DNA of 62,142 nt, filler included, from Choristocarpus tenellus KU-1152 (taxonomy: Eukaryota; Protista; Phaeophyceae): assembly GCA_964200185.2 (NCBI GenBank). It is 9 parts of 9 records of this genome, joined end to end, with 100 filler letters (N's around TTAATTAATTAA, not from the genome) between each part and the next. Parts side by side here need not be neighbours in the genome. Positions count along the whole stretch, not along the records: positions 1 to 4,659 come from CAXNAD020013583.1; positions 4,760 to 11,889 come from CAXNAD020006643.1; positions 11,990 to 15,307 come from CAXNAD020020839.1; 6 more parts are not named here. The stretch is one strand, 5' to 3'. The translations under genes were made by a program, and so were the position numbers. Positions 1 to 12,986 of the stretch are shown here, piece after piece. Numbering within the stretch: position 1 is the first letter of the stretch; each line of letters opens with the position of its first letter. A model generated the notes under the pieces. The model was not told where the DNA came from. It made no database searches and was given only the letters and a program-made list of their open reading frames with translations.

Positions 1-537
1 AAGCAAGATCAACCAGAGGCATAATTCCCCCACTTGAGAAAAAAAGGCTTGAGTATAATACTCTGGTCCCCCCCCCCACCCCCCCCTATACAAGTTACAG
101 CATTTCCTTTCTAAAAAAAAAAAGAAATATTAAATTCTCAACAGTCTCACACGTAGGTAACCTTAGGAAAAATGATCTTGCAATCTCTTGGTGAGCCAAG
201 ATCGTGTATAAAAAAGCCATCACCTGCTTCAAGGTAAGAAACGCAGTAACACACCTACCTAAATAAAGTGCCTCATTTCAACAAGCCCCTACTTCTTGTC
301 TTTTCTTGTCCATTTCAAGGCAACGATAACTTTATAAGCCGTGAGACTCCGAATGCAGCAGAGTCCACAACCACAACAAAGGAGACACACAAAATTTTAA
401 AAAAACAATTGGGAACTAAAAGACATGAAGGGCACAAGCAAGCATTGTCCGGACACACACGGAATACAACACCTTTTACCTCATACTACCACCATAAAAT
501 GACACAGAACACAGTCCTACTGATTGTTGCCTCTCAC

Positions 538-3400
538 CTCTGTTGACAAGAACGACCTGTAAGGGGCAATGGGGGTTGTGCACACAAAGGAATCATCAAG
601 GATGTAAGACCAGGCCCGCCGGGACAGCTCCCCATTGGCTCGAAGATAAAACATGGTAAGCAGCACGCGCTCACGGGCAGCTACCTGTCCACAACAGTTA
701 CAGAAAAAAGGGAGAGGAGGAGGGGGGGGGGGGGGCATCAGTGACTGAAACGCACAACTGACAAAACTTCAACAAGGCAGGAAAGAAAGCGAAATGTAAC
801 TCTTTTTTTTTAATCAGCAGTAGTCGATAGGGGTGTTTGTCTTGGTTACGACCTTGCCACTATTGCTTCACATGGTGAAAGGGATCAAGCACCACTCGGT
901 CAGCTGTTGCCATGACTTCATGAAAGGGATCTCCGCTGATCTCTAAGAAGTCAGAGAGCCTTTCATCAGACTGGCAAAATGCAATCAGTCCAGCTCTTGA
1001 ATACTGACCAGTTTCTGTCATTTTTCCTCACCAGTTCTGGGGCTGCCAAATCAGCATTATCCTCCAAAATTTTTACAATCTTTCTGCCACTTGTTTAATT
1101 TCTCTGATAAATACAGCCACGACAAAAATGCTTCTGCTGGACCAGACCAGGGATGTCAATTTTCTTTCCATTCTGGTCCCGATCTAAGGCTCTGGTCCAA
1201 AATTTAGCCCAGAACAAGTGACAAAGATTAAAAGATATATATGGAAAGTGTGCAACCATGATAGAAATGGATAGGGTGAAAGGAAATCAAAAATATTAGA
1301 TGCACCAACAGTTACTTGGGACATCCACGTGACCCATACTCAATTTTATTCATGGCAGAGCTTGTCAGTCTCGAGTTTTCAAGTTGTACCGATTGTGAAA
1401 TTACTTCTAGAGTGCTCCAGTATAACCAGATAGGCTTTGTGCAACAGGTTTCTGACATGGGCAGTCTAGGGTCATCAACAAAGTTCTACAACAGTCCATG
1501 ACCGACAGCCTGATTGAAGGCCTTGGAAGATATCAAGCGTGAACGAAGTATGATTCAAGTACATCACCTGTGGCATGGACACACTATGCGTTTGAAGGTT
1601 AGCTCTTACCTTTCAAGAAAAATGGGAGGAAAAAAGCCGATTAATATGAACTCCATTTACAACAGAGCATACGATGCCTTTTTCCAAAATGAGTTCGAAA
1701 TATTGATGCTTAAGTGGAGATTGACACCATCACAACACCATGACAATCGAGGGGAAAAGGGAGGGACAGAAGGACATTCAAAAATGGTTTCAAACTTCAT
1801 ACATATCATCCAAAACTCAAAACGCAATGAAGTAAGTCACACCAATTTCATACCTCCTCTTCGCGTTTTTTTGTCGCTAGCTCTTGCTCCCTTTCAAGTC
1901 GATTCTTTTCCGACGTCAATTTCTCCACCTGCCGATGCAGGTGTTCCAGGTACTGCTTTTTCCTCAGCCTTGTGTTCCGCGCATGTTCGCGGTTACGGTC
2001 CCGGCTATTGCAAGGTGAACAAGTACAGGCCACAGTTGTAACGTGACAGGGGATGGGACACCAAGAGGCATTGGGTCGGGTTTATTCCGATGGTGCGGCG
2101 AACTGCGGCGGGAGGGACGGGTTCTGATGGAGATTGAACCCCTCAATCAAAACAGAATCAAGACACATGAAAAAGGTACAGTCAGTAGTGTTCTCTTCAA
2201 TATTGATTTACCCTTGGCAATGTCATGGCAAATTACTTGATCACAACACAAAGAAAATCTGAGCGCACCATACGTACTTCGCAATGTACTGACTGCCTCT
2301 GGTGTGCACCCTCCTCCTCCTACCCACCCCGTCCCTGACAAAACGGCAGAACTCCAACATCAGTTAGAAATGAGGTGTGAGGACTCATGCCACAAGTTGT
2401 TTAGAAAAGTCTGGAGGGGGAATACAGTAAGATAAAAAAAAGCAAAGGTACTTCTCCAACCCCGTCTATCTGCATTGAGCCTTACATTCCTAGTATAGAT
2501 GCAGGGAAATAACGAGATCGAAAAGGATACATACATTGAAGTATCTCTCCACCTTCAAACTCACCTCGCTTGGGCTTTATCTTCCGCCGAGAGGGGTGTA
2601 TTTGGTCTATGCCGTTTCTCCGGCTCGGGACACTCTCCCCCGGATTCATCTCCAAGTTCTTCTCCCTCAAGCTCATGCTTCCTCGACACGGTTTGTCCCT
2701 CCCCGCTTGACTCCACATGATAGTCGCATTCCTCTTGTGGAACAGTGCAGGCCTTGGAATCCTCGCCTTTTATTTTCGTGCCCACTTTCCCCTGTAGCGA
2801 TAGAGTTAATGCTTCAGCCTTCCCATCACCACTGGAGACACTTTGGGATCCGTGGTCTACATTCGACTGCTTGATCAGACCCTGCGCACAACCTGTGTCA
2901 GGTAGCCAACCCAAGTCCACAAAACCTTTTTGTCCCCCAGATAGATTTGGTAAATTAAGACCAAAGGATGCCCCCAGTGCCGAGTTTTGTAAATTCGATA
3001 TTTCTCCCTGGATCATCTCTACTTCGCTAACGCCCTTCACCCCTGCCATCTGAAACCGTTCCACTCCTGACGCACCATCCTCACCCACCCACCCTGATAA
3101 CCCACCCCGTTCACCAGAATTTAATCCGATAGAAGTAGCCATTCCAACGTTCCTACCAGGAAATAACGCGTCCAAGGTCTCGTCCTGCAACAAAGTACGG
3201 GGTCGCTGGTTGAACACTCCACTCCCGCCAAACGTTCCTCCAAGACCTCCGTCATCTGTCCGGAGGTCAGGCCACAAGTCGGGAATTTCCCCTGTACCAT
3301 CATTTTCTCCATCACGATCCACCCCAGCGTCAAGGCTACTATCACTCCAACCCTCACTTCCCCCTTGGATACCATTAGAATGTTGAGGTTCACCACCCAT
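538..3400 (-). CDS. bZIP transcription factor (stramenopile type), 3'-partial, at least 3 exons
   Basis: Exons 3400-2565, 2004-1854 and 684-538 have GT-AG boundaries and compatible phases. The spliced protein reads MGGEPQ...AEDKAQA-SRDRNREHARNTRLRKKQYLEHLHRQVEKLTSEKNRL (bZIP basic region N-x7-R plus leucine heptads), then VAARERVLLTMFYLR...WSYILDDSFVCTTPIAPYRSF. No stop is reached; further exons lie downstream, probably beyond position 1. Confidence 0.9.
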
Positions 3401-4659
3401 TTTAGTGTATAAATGGTGAGTATGTAGGAGGGCAATTGTCACGTTATTCTTTTTTATATGTATATATTTGACGTAAGAATTCAAGGAAACTTAGACCAGT
3501 TTGATCCATGAAACGTAATTAATTGGTTGGTTTATGTGGTATAATATTATCATTTTGAAGTGTTTGTACCTTACACCTTTTCGATATTCTGGACTTCACC
3601 TTTCCTCCTGTCGTCGGGTGAGGGGTGAGGTGTAACTTTGACCAAAGATATATGGCATGGCGCCCTTTTTGGTGTCAATCGCGATACAAGCTGTTACCAG
3701 AACCCTCAACCATATCTCCCAGGCTCTTGGGGTCAGGGCTTTTTCAAGGACCTCTTTCAAACTTTGTTCCAGATTCGTTCACACGGTTCTCGCATGTGAT
3801 GCGTTGTATCCCGTGAAATGTGGCTGGAACTAAAGTCAGACACAAGGCTATGCATTCATATGAGTTCATTCAGGTGATAGACATTTGGCGGAAGATATTG
3901 GTTTCGGCTCGCTGAACAACGAACCTTCCCCACTCCCATCAAGCCTCTCGATCTCCAATGATAACTCGAAGTAGATGTGTAGTATATAATTGCGTGTGTT
4001 TCATGTGGCCTAGGGTGTTGGAAAAGTCAATCGATGCGTGTTTTGGAGTTGAAAGTGTCCACAATCATATGCGGGACGTCAGGGGCGAGGTCCTACAAGT
4101 TTTTGGATGTTTCTCAAGCCTCATTTTTTTTTTCTTTGCTTGTGGTTCACGGGATCGATTGCTGTGTGGTTCGGAATTAATCCCTGGCATAGGGAAAGTG
4201 AAGAGGGCAAGCGCGTCGAGGTCTTTGAACTGTGCCAATATCTTGTCAGCATCTAGCGTTGTCCAGCCCATCCGAATTGGTAACTCTCCCCAATATATCT
4301 CATCCATATGTCGGGTTTCTTATTTTCACTGATAGGCGTTCGAACAGGTTAAATATGTTGCGGCGGATACCAAACGTAGATGGAGCCAACTGGAGCATTT
4401 TTTGGTGCTGAGGAGGTCGAGAACGAGGTGTGGGAGTGTAGGGGTAGGCCTAGTGTGTGTGGCGGTAGGGTATACCCTTGAGATGGTCTGTTACACAACG
4501 CATTTTTGTCCATATGGCGTGAGGAAAGGTCGATTCCTTGAGCCAGAAGGCATTGGTCAAGTCCATGCAATCGGTTTAAGGTACTTGGGGAATTGATGAT
4601 CATATGAGAACAGCCGATTTCAAAAATTGAGGATGGAGCTTTTCATTGAGGATGGGCTT

Positions 4660-4759
4660 NNNNNNNNNNNNNNNNNNNNNNNNNNNNNNNNNNNNNNNNN
4701 NNNTTAATTAATTAANNNNNNNNNNNNNNNNNNNNNNNNNNNNNNNNNNNNNNNNNNNN
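4660..4759. other. Artificial contig linker N44-TTAATTAATTAA-N44 (also 11890-11989, 15308-15407, 23833-23932, 27156-27255, 29834-29933, 33501-33600, 57344-57443)
   Basis: Eight identical 100-nt N blocks, each with a central 12-mer that places stop codons in all six frames. Confidence 0.97.
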
Positions 4760-6653
4760 GGGGGGGGGGGTCATACAGCAGGACGGCGTGACCCCGTATA
4801 CGGGCATAGGCAGGGCATTGTAGAGAAGTTGATCACCACAGGGAGGGAGGGAGGGAGGGAGGACGGATGGGAAATTAAGGTTGTGATGCAGTGAGTGCAG
4901 TGGCTGGATCTCAATGTCAACAATTTGGGCTTTTTAGCATATCCCTGAAGAGGAGGGTTTGGATGGAGCGTTTCGGCACAGGATTGATTGATGACCTTTG
5001 TCGAGGGGGTTATGGGCATGTTCCACATGTGTATGTACATGGCGCAGACATGCTCGGGAGGGTAGTGCGGCAGGGTCTGTTAAAGAGGTACAATCGGGTG
5101 TTGAGAGCGCTGGGGGGGAACCGGAGTTCGAGGTAGAGCACATGGGGATGAAAGGAAGACAGCGGTAGGGTGGGTTAACTAGAGTGGTCGAAGTACACCG
5201 AGTTGCTGGGTTGGTACCACAATGCGATGCTGGATTGGTACCATCACATGGCGCTGGATTGATGGTGTAGAGTGGAGGCGAGACATGGTTGCTTGATGTA
5301 GAATATTGTGAGGAATCCAATGCAAGAATCCATTTAGTAATCGGAGGCCATCTCGACGAGCTACAACTTCACGGAACGGAGTTGATGGAAGAGAGGGTTA
5401 GGGTTAGGGAGGTAGAGGAGAATGCAGGTCGAGATTCGTTCGTTGTATTCATTACATGTTTTTCTTGTGGCTTGAAAAAAAAGAAGAGAGAAAGGTGTGG
5501 GCTTGTGGAGTTGCTGAAAATTAAAATATTGACCTCCTGCACTCAGACTTCATGCTTGCTTCTTTTTCTTTTGGTTGCTGCTGTTCTGATTGGTCTTTGG
5601 CTGAGGCCTAATCGTGGTGATGCAGATGAGAGTGAACATCTGATGGATGATGTTCTTGTTTATTTGTTCATTTGTTGGTCTGACCCGTATGATTATCCAA
5701 ATTGACACTGGGCAGAGGAAGTGAATACTTGTGACTATGTACTACATACTATACACACACACATATATATATGTATGTGTGTATGTTTAGTACTTAGTAA
5801 GTGGGGTAACGGTCGTGAAGGAAGCACTCTTGCAGCACCACAGGTAGAAGTGCAGACAAAAATACATATGTGTATGTATGTATATTTTATGTATATTTTG
5901 TATGTGGCGTACAAGGTTTATTGGGTGCAATCACCCCAACCCTAACCGTAACCCTAACCCCAACCCTATCCCTTTTTTTGTCTTCTGTTGAGGCAGGACC
6001 CCAAGTTGAAGTCTGACCTGAGCGGGAGGTACAAGGAACACAGCTACGGAGCGATGTCTGTAGGTAAGCACACAGCTACGGAGCCAGGCAATGCACGGCG
6101 TGTAGATGTAAGGCACGCACGAGTGCAGTAGTAGGTTGTGTTTGTGTATCACGTGTAGTCCAGAGTGGATACATGTGTATGTGCATATGATTGTGGTGGC
6201 AAATGAATCAATCCATCTATGCTGTGGGTTCACTACTAAGGGATACAAATTGAATGTGTACTCTGGAGCAGTATGTATGCATGCATTGCTTAGTCAGGCC
6301 TCTTTTAACCGGGATTTTTTTTTTTTGCTCACTAGATGGTCAGAGCACATGTTACTTGCTTTAATAAAAAAATAATGAAATGAAATAATGCCATCATTTT
6401 TTTGGGAAAAATCAAGGTGTTTGACCCCCCTCCCCTCCCCCCGCCCCCTTGGAAAAGGTGGGAGGAGTAACTTTAACCTTTGCAAAGTTGCATTTTGTGC
6501 AGAGAGGTTGGAGGGGGAACGGGGGGACCGGGCGGTGGGGGGTGGGGGCGAGCAGTGAGTGAAAGGCATGCTGTGTATACTTGTCCTCTGTGCTACTACG
6601 ATGTGATTATCTTGTTTTGCTTTTGAGATGGTTGCCATCATCCATCCCACACA

Positions 6654-6856
6654 GGCTCAAAGTATCTGAGGGGGGGTCTATACCAAGGTGTCCAAATTGG
6701 GCCCTGGCCAGGAAAAGTGCACTTACATTATCCATCTGACGCATACAATTCATATCGCGACATGGAAAAATGGGCCCTAAATGGACAGCTGCCCCCCCCC
6801 GGCCCCCCCCCCCCCCCACCCCCCCCCCCCCCCCCCCCCCCCAGATACTTTGAGTC
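6654..6856. mobile_element. MITE family B (G-run/C-run subterminal), full copy
   Basis: TIRs GGCTCAAAGTATCTGAGGGGGG ... CCCCCCAGATACTTTGAGTC, flanked by a 3-bp direct repeat ACA/ACA. Confidence 0.8.
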
Positions 6857-7744
6857 ACAAGAGTCCTGTACCTGAATCCCTCTGCTTCCTTCTCCTCTAA
6901 CCGCTATATTTTTTTCTAATGCTGTCATTCACCAGGGGATGCCACATGGCACCATGGATGGGTTCTCCACAGCGCCCCTGCCAATAGTTTACATGATACA
7001 CGTATTGCCCTCACTGTGAGCTTCATTGCTGATGGGGCATGGCTCTTGTCGAGCTCCACGAGGTTAGAAACGCTTTGATTTGGGTTAGGGCTCAGGGATA
7101 AGGAGCTCTATGTAGGGTCGGGAATGTATGGGTATGTATGATGTGGTGTATCATAGTAGGTAGGCATGGGTGGTCTCGTCTATTTTGAATGGGGTTAAAA
7201 GAAGGGATAAGTGATGTTGAGAGATAGGTAGTGGAGGACAGTCTGAGACCAAAACTACCCCATTTGAGTTCCTGTTCAACGAGTGAGCATCGTCAACCAG
7301 AGGCCATGAAGGTTTTTTTTTTTTTTTTTTTTGGGGGGGGGAGCTGATTGCAATTCTGGCATCATTTTCTTGCGGATGTGACTCAATCTCGACTAAGGGA
7401 AGGGTTTCCAAAGGTCTAGTACATTAAGCAAGGTATTTTGGGTGAGACCTGGAGGCGTTCACATTTCATGTATATATATTTCGGACTAGTCGCTGTTAGG
7501 TATTAGTGCCTAGATGAATCAAGGCGTATCGATTCATTATTTTGGATGTAAAAAAAAAACTATGTCTGATTTGTTTGAGCTTGTGCTACAGTAGTAGCAC
7601 GACAAAAAATAGAAAAAAAGATATCAAGCCTGACATCCACGCATCCGGACCCTACCTACCTACCTACCCACCCCCCTCTGAATTGATCCCTATTATCCCA
7701 GTGATACCCTCACCTTTTGAATTGTTCTGCCTGCCTTAGGGTTT

Positions 7745-8008
7745 GAGTGGAAGTATCTTAGGGTTAGGGTATGAGGTTTTCCCTGTTTGTCCGTTTGGGG
7801 CTTGGCTTCCCACGGGTTTTTAATAGCATTTTACCTACTCCCAAATAATTTCGGAGTAGGTAAAATGTGTACGTTATGAAAAGCTGTGTCTGGAACAAGG
7901 ATATTGACATCTCGTAACAAACACGATAGCCAAAATTATATCAAAATTGCAACATTGGATTTTGGCCCCCAAATAGACGCGGCTCTACCCTCTAAGATAC
8001 TTTGACTC
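7745..8008 (-). mobile_element. MITE family A (~260 bp)
   Basis: Ends GAGTGGAAGTATCTTAG ... CCCTCTAAGATACTTTGACTC, TSD TTT/TTT; body matches the other 10 copies. Confidence 0.9.
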
Positions 8009-10043
8009 TTTGATTTTACCTAAACTCAAGCATCAGCTATTGTACCCACTTGTGCAAAGGTGAGGTTGCACTTGACATCCCAGCCGTGGAATATGTTTGT
8101 ACAAGTGGTTTTATGTTTGGGTTTTGTCATCATCTGTGGCTGTGAAATCGAATAAGGTCTCAATCTCAGCGATTGCCTATGGCTTGGGGATGGGGGGTTG
8201 GGGGGGGGTGGGGGGGGGAAGAAGGCACCAGACCAAGGTAGTAGTAGTACATTACATCTCTCTTTTTTGGAGTCTGCTGTCAATAGTGGCATCGTTTGGA
8301 AGATTTGAGGGGATTGGCCGACAGTCCCTGCACAAGGAATGAGAGGGATTCACTCAGTTGGGAACGATATCGTCAAAAAGGAGGAGAGGGAAATTGAGGG
8401 TTTGTGGTATGCAAGAGAGTCGAAGTCACTTAAGTACCTGAGAGGGGTGGTGGTGGTGAGTTTTGAGGATCTCTCTGACTTTATGGTGGCAAACGTTTTT
8501 TGGAGCACCGAGTCCTCAGCCGTGGAGCGCGTTTCTTTTGTTTTTTTGCAGGTGCATTGAGTTTGTAAAAGCAAAGCATCCTTATTGATGCCCTTTTTTC
8601 GAATATGTTCATCTTAAAAAATAATGAAGTTGAAAAAATAAAAAGTGTACACCACTAGGCTATGTTGACTCAGACATGGGCACATGCTTGGTAGAGTTTT
8701 TGGGGAGTCAGTAGAGCTTGTGGCTGAATAGGCTATGTAGCGGAGAGGGGCGTTGTATATTTTTGTATATACAGTTGGATCGGCTGATCTAATGAGAGCT
8801 CGGAGCAACAAATTGCTTGAAATGTAGCATGCTGCATCTCTGTATGTTCAGTGTATCGTAGGATTAGGGTTAGTGTTACGGTCAGTTTTTTTTTTCACTG
8901 GCAAGTTAAGTAATTTTCGAACCTTGCCAAGGAGCTGCCTATTGCTTTGATGGAGTGCAACATATACAAGCTCTTTGTTTAATACAACCACTACATATAA
9001 TACTCCCAGTGTATGATAGTTGTTAGAGCCAGATCCTTGAAAAAGAGACCAAAATGTGCTTGTTTTTTTATGTGTTGGTGGATGTCTGCTGTTTTCGCTG
9101 ATTGTACAGGCGGGTGCCAGATAACGAGGATAGTTGGAGCTATGCAGATTGGGTAAGAGAGGTGTCGCCTGAAGCTCCTGTACAACACCCAGCACTGCCC
9201 TTGGTGTGGGACAATGGGCCGATCCTTCCACCACAAGCTTAGAATTTGCCTAAGGTAGCACAGGATGTTGACATTCTCTTGCTAGGAAGAGGGAGATGGT
9301 GGACGGTCATGGTCCTGTTCCTCTGTTTCGGAGAGCTGAGAATGTCACCACATCACCTTGTTGTGGATAGATAGATGATGGTTGTTACTTGTTGCAATGT
9401 CCTTTGTATTTTGTTTCCCTTTAAAAAAGGAAATGAACTAGGTGCTTTTAAATGATAGTAAGCAATAGTGTCATGCTTGCTCCCAACTAGAGAGTGTTGG
9501 TGTGTTTTTGCTCTTTTAAGAGTTTTCACCTCTGAATTGTTTGGATGTTGTCTGCAGTGACAGAGCAACGAACACAAGCAAGCAACTAACAGGGGTGTGA
9601 TAGAGTGGCGGTGGATTGTGCGTAAGGTCGGCTTGTTTGGCTTTTAGCTCTTTTATGTGTTGCAGTCGATGTAAATGACTACCACCGTATGCATATATAT
9701 ACACAACATAAGTTCTTTATAGGAAATGTGATCAATTCAACTGCAGCATCAGTAACTAGTAGAAATTTCCAAAGGAATGGAACAACTCTAAAGAGCCACG
9801 GTCACAATGTCCTTGGATGACTTCTTCATCATTGATGCCTTTCAAATTTGAGCAACAAACACAACCAAGCCAGTTAGTACTCTTGGCTGTGGGTGTAGGG
9901 CATGGGTCAGAAGTGCGTGATGGCTCGTAGTTTTTGTGTTCTTGGATACAACACACACAGGGATTTGTAACGTTCCAGGGTTGGCAACTCCCACCCTCCA
10001 ATCATTTTATACATGCAGCATGTACCTCCAGGCTGGTACTTTT

Positions 10044-10140
10044 GTCTCAAAGTATCTGGGGGGGGTGGCAGCTGTTCATTTGGGGGCATTTTTTTCATGT
10101 CGCGATTTTCGGGTGATTATTGGTTGCATATGTCGGACTT
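10044..10140. mobile_element. MITE family B, left-end fragment
   Basis: GTCTCAAAGTATCTGGGGGGGG...GTTCATTTGGGGGCATTTTTTCATG, homologous to 10869-11070. Confidence 0.65.
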
Positions 10141-10868
10141 TTACTATCTCTTCACGTTTCTGCCTTCAACTACCACCAGCTGTTCAGTTAAGTAAACGCA
10201 CCCTTGAACATGGTGTAATGACCGTTCGGGACAAGCCTCTTCCTGGTCCAACGACTCCCAAAGATTGTGCTGCAGGTGATTTATCTCCCTTCTTTCCCAG
10301 GAATGTCATACAATAAGCACTATCACCCAACTGGCCACTGCCTTCACTCATCGCCAGTGATTCCAGTACATTCATTCATTGCATATCAAAGACTGCACTC
10401 TTTTTGGAAGATTTCATGGAAATTCAACTGCTGCAAGGGCTGGGTCCTGCCAGACAGCATGCAAACAAACTGCGGCAAGGGCCAACCAACACCTCAAAGG
10501 CATTTAGCGAACAAATGCGTGAGGCTCAATAGGTTGGAGGGGAAGACGGGAGTGTATTGGCCACCTATAGCTTACCTTCTACTATTCCTTTCTTCATTCC
10601 TACTATGTAGTATTAAAAACTGTATCTCTTAGCCTCCGCTACTCCTATCTCTACTCCTATTACGTGGTATTAGTAGAGATGTTTCTTCAAATAAATGAGG
10701 GTATGGCGTATGAATAGGTCAAGTTGCCTCAAGGGGGAGGTTTGAAAATCCTGAGTAGTGTGAAAGCAGGCTGGGTGGATTTGTGACTCCAGGCTCTCAA
10801 CACGTAAGCCTTCAGCATGATACAAACGTATGGAACAAAGGAAGGTATTGTTGTTCGGGGTGGGTTCA

Positions 10869-11172
10869 GGCTCAAAGTATCTGGGGGGGGGGGGGGGGCG
10901 GGTGTCCATTTGGGGGCATTTTTTTCATTTTNNNNNNNNNNGAAGGAATGGCGATAAGCGGGGGGGGGGTTGTTGGGGGGGGGGGGGATCAGGGCCAAGG
11001 GATCCGGGGGGGGGGGGTGGCGGCTGTCCATTTGGGGTCATTTTTTTCATGTTACGATTTTTGGATGATTTAGTTGCATACGTTGGATGGATAATGTAAA
11101 TACACTTTTCCTGATTTTGGTCCAAATGGATACCTGGTGTAGACCCCCTCCTCCCCTCAGCTACTTTGGGTT
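10869..11172. mobile_element. MITE family B copy (internal 10-N gap, degenerate right end)
   Basis: GGCTCAAAGTATCTGGGG...GTCCATTTGGGG occurs twice; degenerate right end CCCCTCAGCTACTTTGGG. Confidence 0.6.
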
Positions 11173-11777
11173 TTCACTCTGGTTGAAATAACTGACCAGA
11201 TAATTGTACTAGGTGATTCACAGACAAATAACAGTGGATCGAGATAATGGCGGATGGATTTTTCCCAAAATGGTGCGCGGAAAGTGCCCATATATATTTT
11301 TTTGTAAATGTTGCGGCACTTTTTAAGGGCCCCTTTTTGAATGGGAATCCATGCCGAAGGTGGTAGTAGGACAGTGTGTGGGGGGCGGCAGTGATTTCGT
11401 TTCATCGTCGTGCACATGTATGCCCTGCGTTGAATTGCTTGCTCGAATAATTAGTGACGTCGGTGGAGTCGATTGACTGTAGATGGTGAAGGTGGTAGAA
11501 AAAAATAGTACTTCGATGTAGTTTCTTTTGGGGCGGCATTTCATCGTCATTATGGATGGTCGACTGAGTGAGAAGAAGTGTTATTTTCCCATATTATCAG
11601 GAGTTCAACAGACACACGAGCAACTTGCTTTAACTACTGGACGAACGAGGCATCATCAACAAAAAACACTCCCGTATGCTCTGTTTACCATTGGTCAATC
11701 ATTGCTTTGCCAACGTGTGCCCCCGCCCGCCTCTCCACCTCCCCCTCCTTCCCGCCCCTCATCCCGATTCTCTTCTT

Positions 11778-11889
11778 GAGCCAAAGTATCTTACAGGGTG
11801 GAGCCGAGTCCATTTGGGGGTCAAAATATAATGTTGTGATTTTGATGTAATTTTGGCTGTCGTGTTTGTTAGGAAGTGTCAATATCTAT
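11778..11889 (+). mobile_element. MITE family A, truncated at linker
   Basis: GAGCCAAAGTATCTTACAGGGTGGAGCCGAGTCCATTTGGGGGTCAAAAT... runs into the N block. Confidence 0.85.
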
Positions 11890-12299
11890 NNNNNNNNNNN
11901 NNNNNNNNNNNNNNNNNNNNNNNNNNNNNNNNNTTAATTAATTAANNNNNNNNNNNNNNNNNNNNNNNNNNNNNNNNNNNNNNNNNNNNTGTATGTAGGG
12001 GGGGTAGGATGTACAGTAGTTACATAGATGAAACTGCGTAATTTTTTTTTAAGGGATAGTGGTTATGAAGGGTTTGGACAAGAAGAAGCCCCAACCCAGC
12101 GTGTTACGTCTTTGTAGATTTCAGAACTTTTTTTTGTAAGTTGCCTCTTGTCAACTAGTTTCTTTACGTTTTTATTTTGACCCCCCCTCCCCCTGGTGCA
12201 TGTTCATACTTGATAGTACTTTAATATTATTATTTTAGGTGTGTTAATAAAGTGATGTATTATTTTGTTGAGATAGTGTTGATGAGTGTAGTGTTATAG

Positions 12300-12720
12300 T
12301 GTCAATGAAGGTGTTTGGACGAGTGTGTCATTGTAGTGTTCTTGATGATGATTTATTGAAGTATATCATTTTAGTGTTCTTGATGATGATTTATTGATGA
12401 AGTGTATCATTCTAGTGTTCTTAATTATGATTTATTGATGAAGTGTATCATTGTAGTGTTCTTGATGATGATTTATTGATGATGATTTATGATGAAGTGT
12501 ATCATTTTAGTGTTCTTAATTATGATTTATTGATAAAGTGTATCATTGTAGTGTTCTTAATTATGATTTATTGATAAAGTGTATTGTTGCAGTGATTTAA
12601 TTTAAGAACTATATTGATAAAGTGTAGTACTGCAGTGTTCTTAATTATGATTTATTGTTAAAATGTATCATTGTAGTGTTCTTAATTTAAGAACTATATT
12701 GATAAAGTGTAGTACTGCAC
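12300..12720. repeat. AT-rich minisatellite, ~40-bp unit
   Basis: Repeated GATGAAGTGTATCATTGTAGTGTTCTT(G/A)AT(G/T)ATGATTTATT, about 9-10 degenerate units. Confidence 0.85.
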
Positions 12721-12986
12721 CGCTATTAATAAAAATTGCGTCGCTAAAGCACATTGCACAGTACAATTATTTATTAATTAATTTATTTTTCATTATTTCA
12801 TTCTTATTTTATTTCATTTTTGTTTTGTTTTATTTTTTGCTATTTATTCTATTGTAAAGAATAGTATTGATAAAGCATAGTAGTATAGTGTGTGATTGAT
12901 AAAAACAGTTAGTACTATAGTGCGGCGACTTAATTCTTATTTTATTTTTATTTAATTCTTATTTAATTCTTTTTCTAATTTATTAG

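Noticed and set aside
1514-2041. 175-aa plus-strand ORF
   Set aside because: Antisense to the bZIP exon and intron; shadow ORF.
3900-5320. Possible LINE remnant (ELPIRMGW; ORFs 4065-4307 and 4349-4603)
   Set aside because: Single weak motif, split by a linker; cannot be supported.
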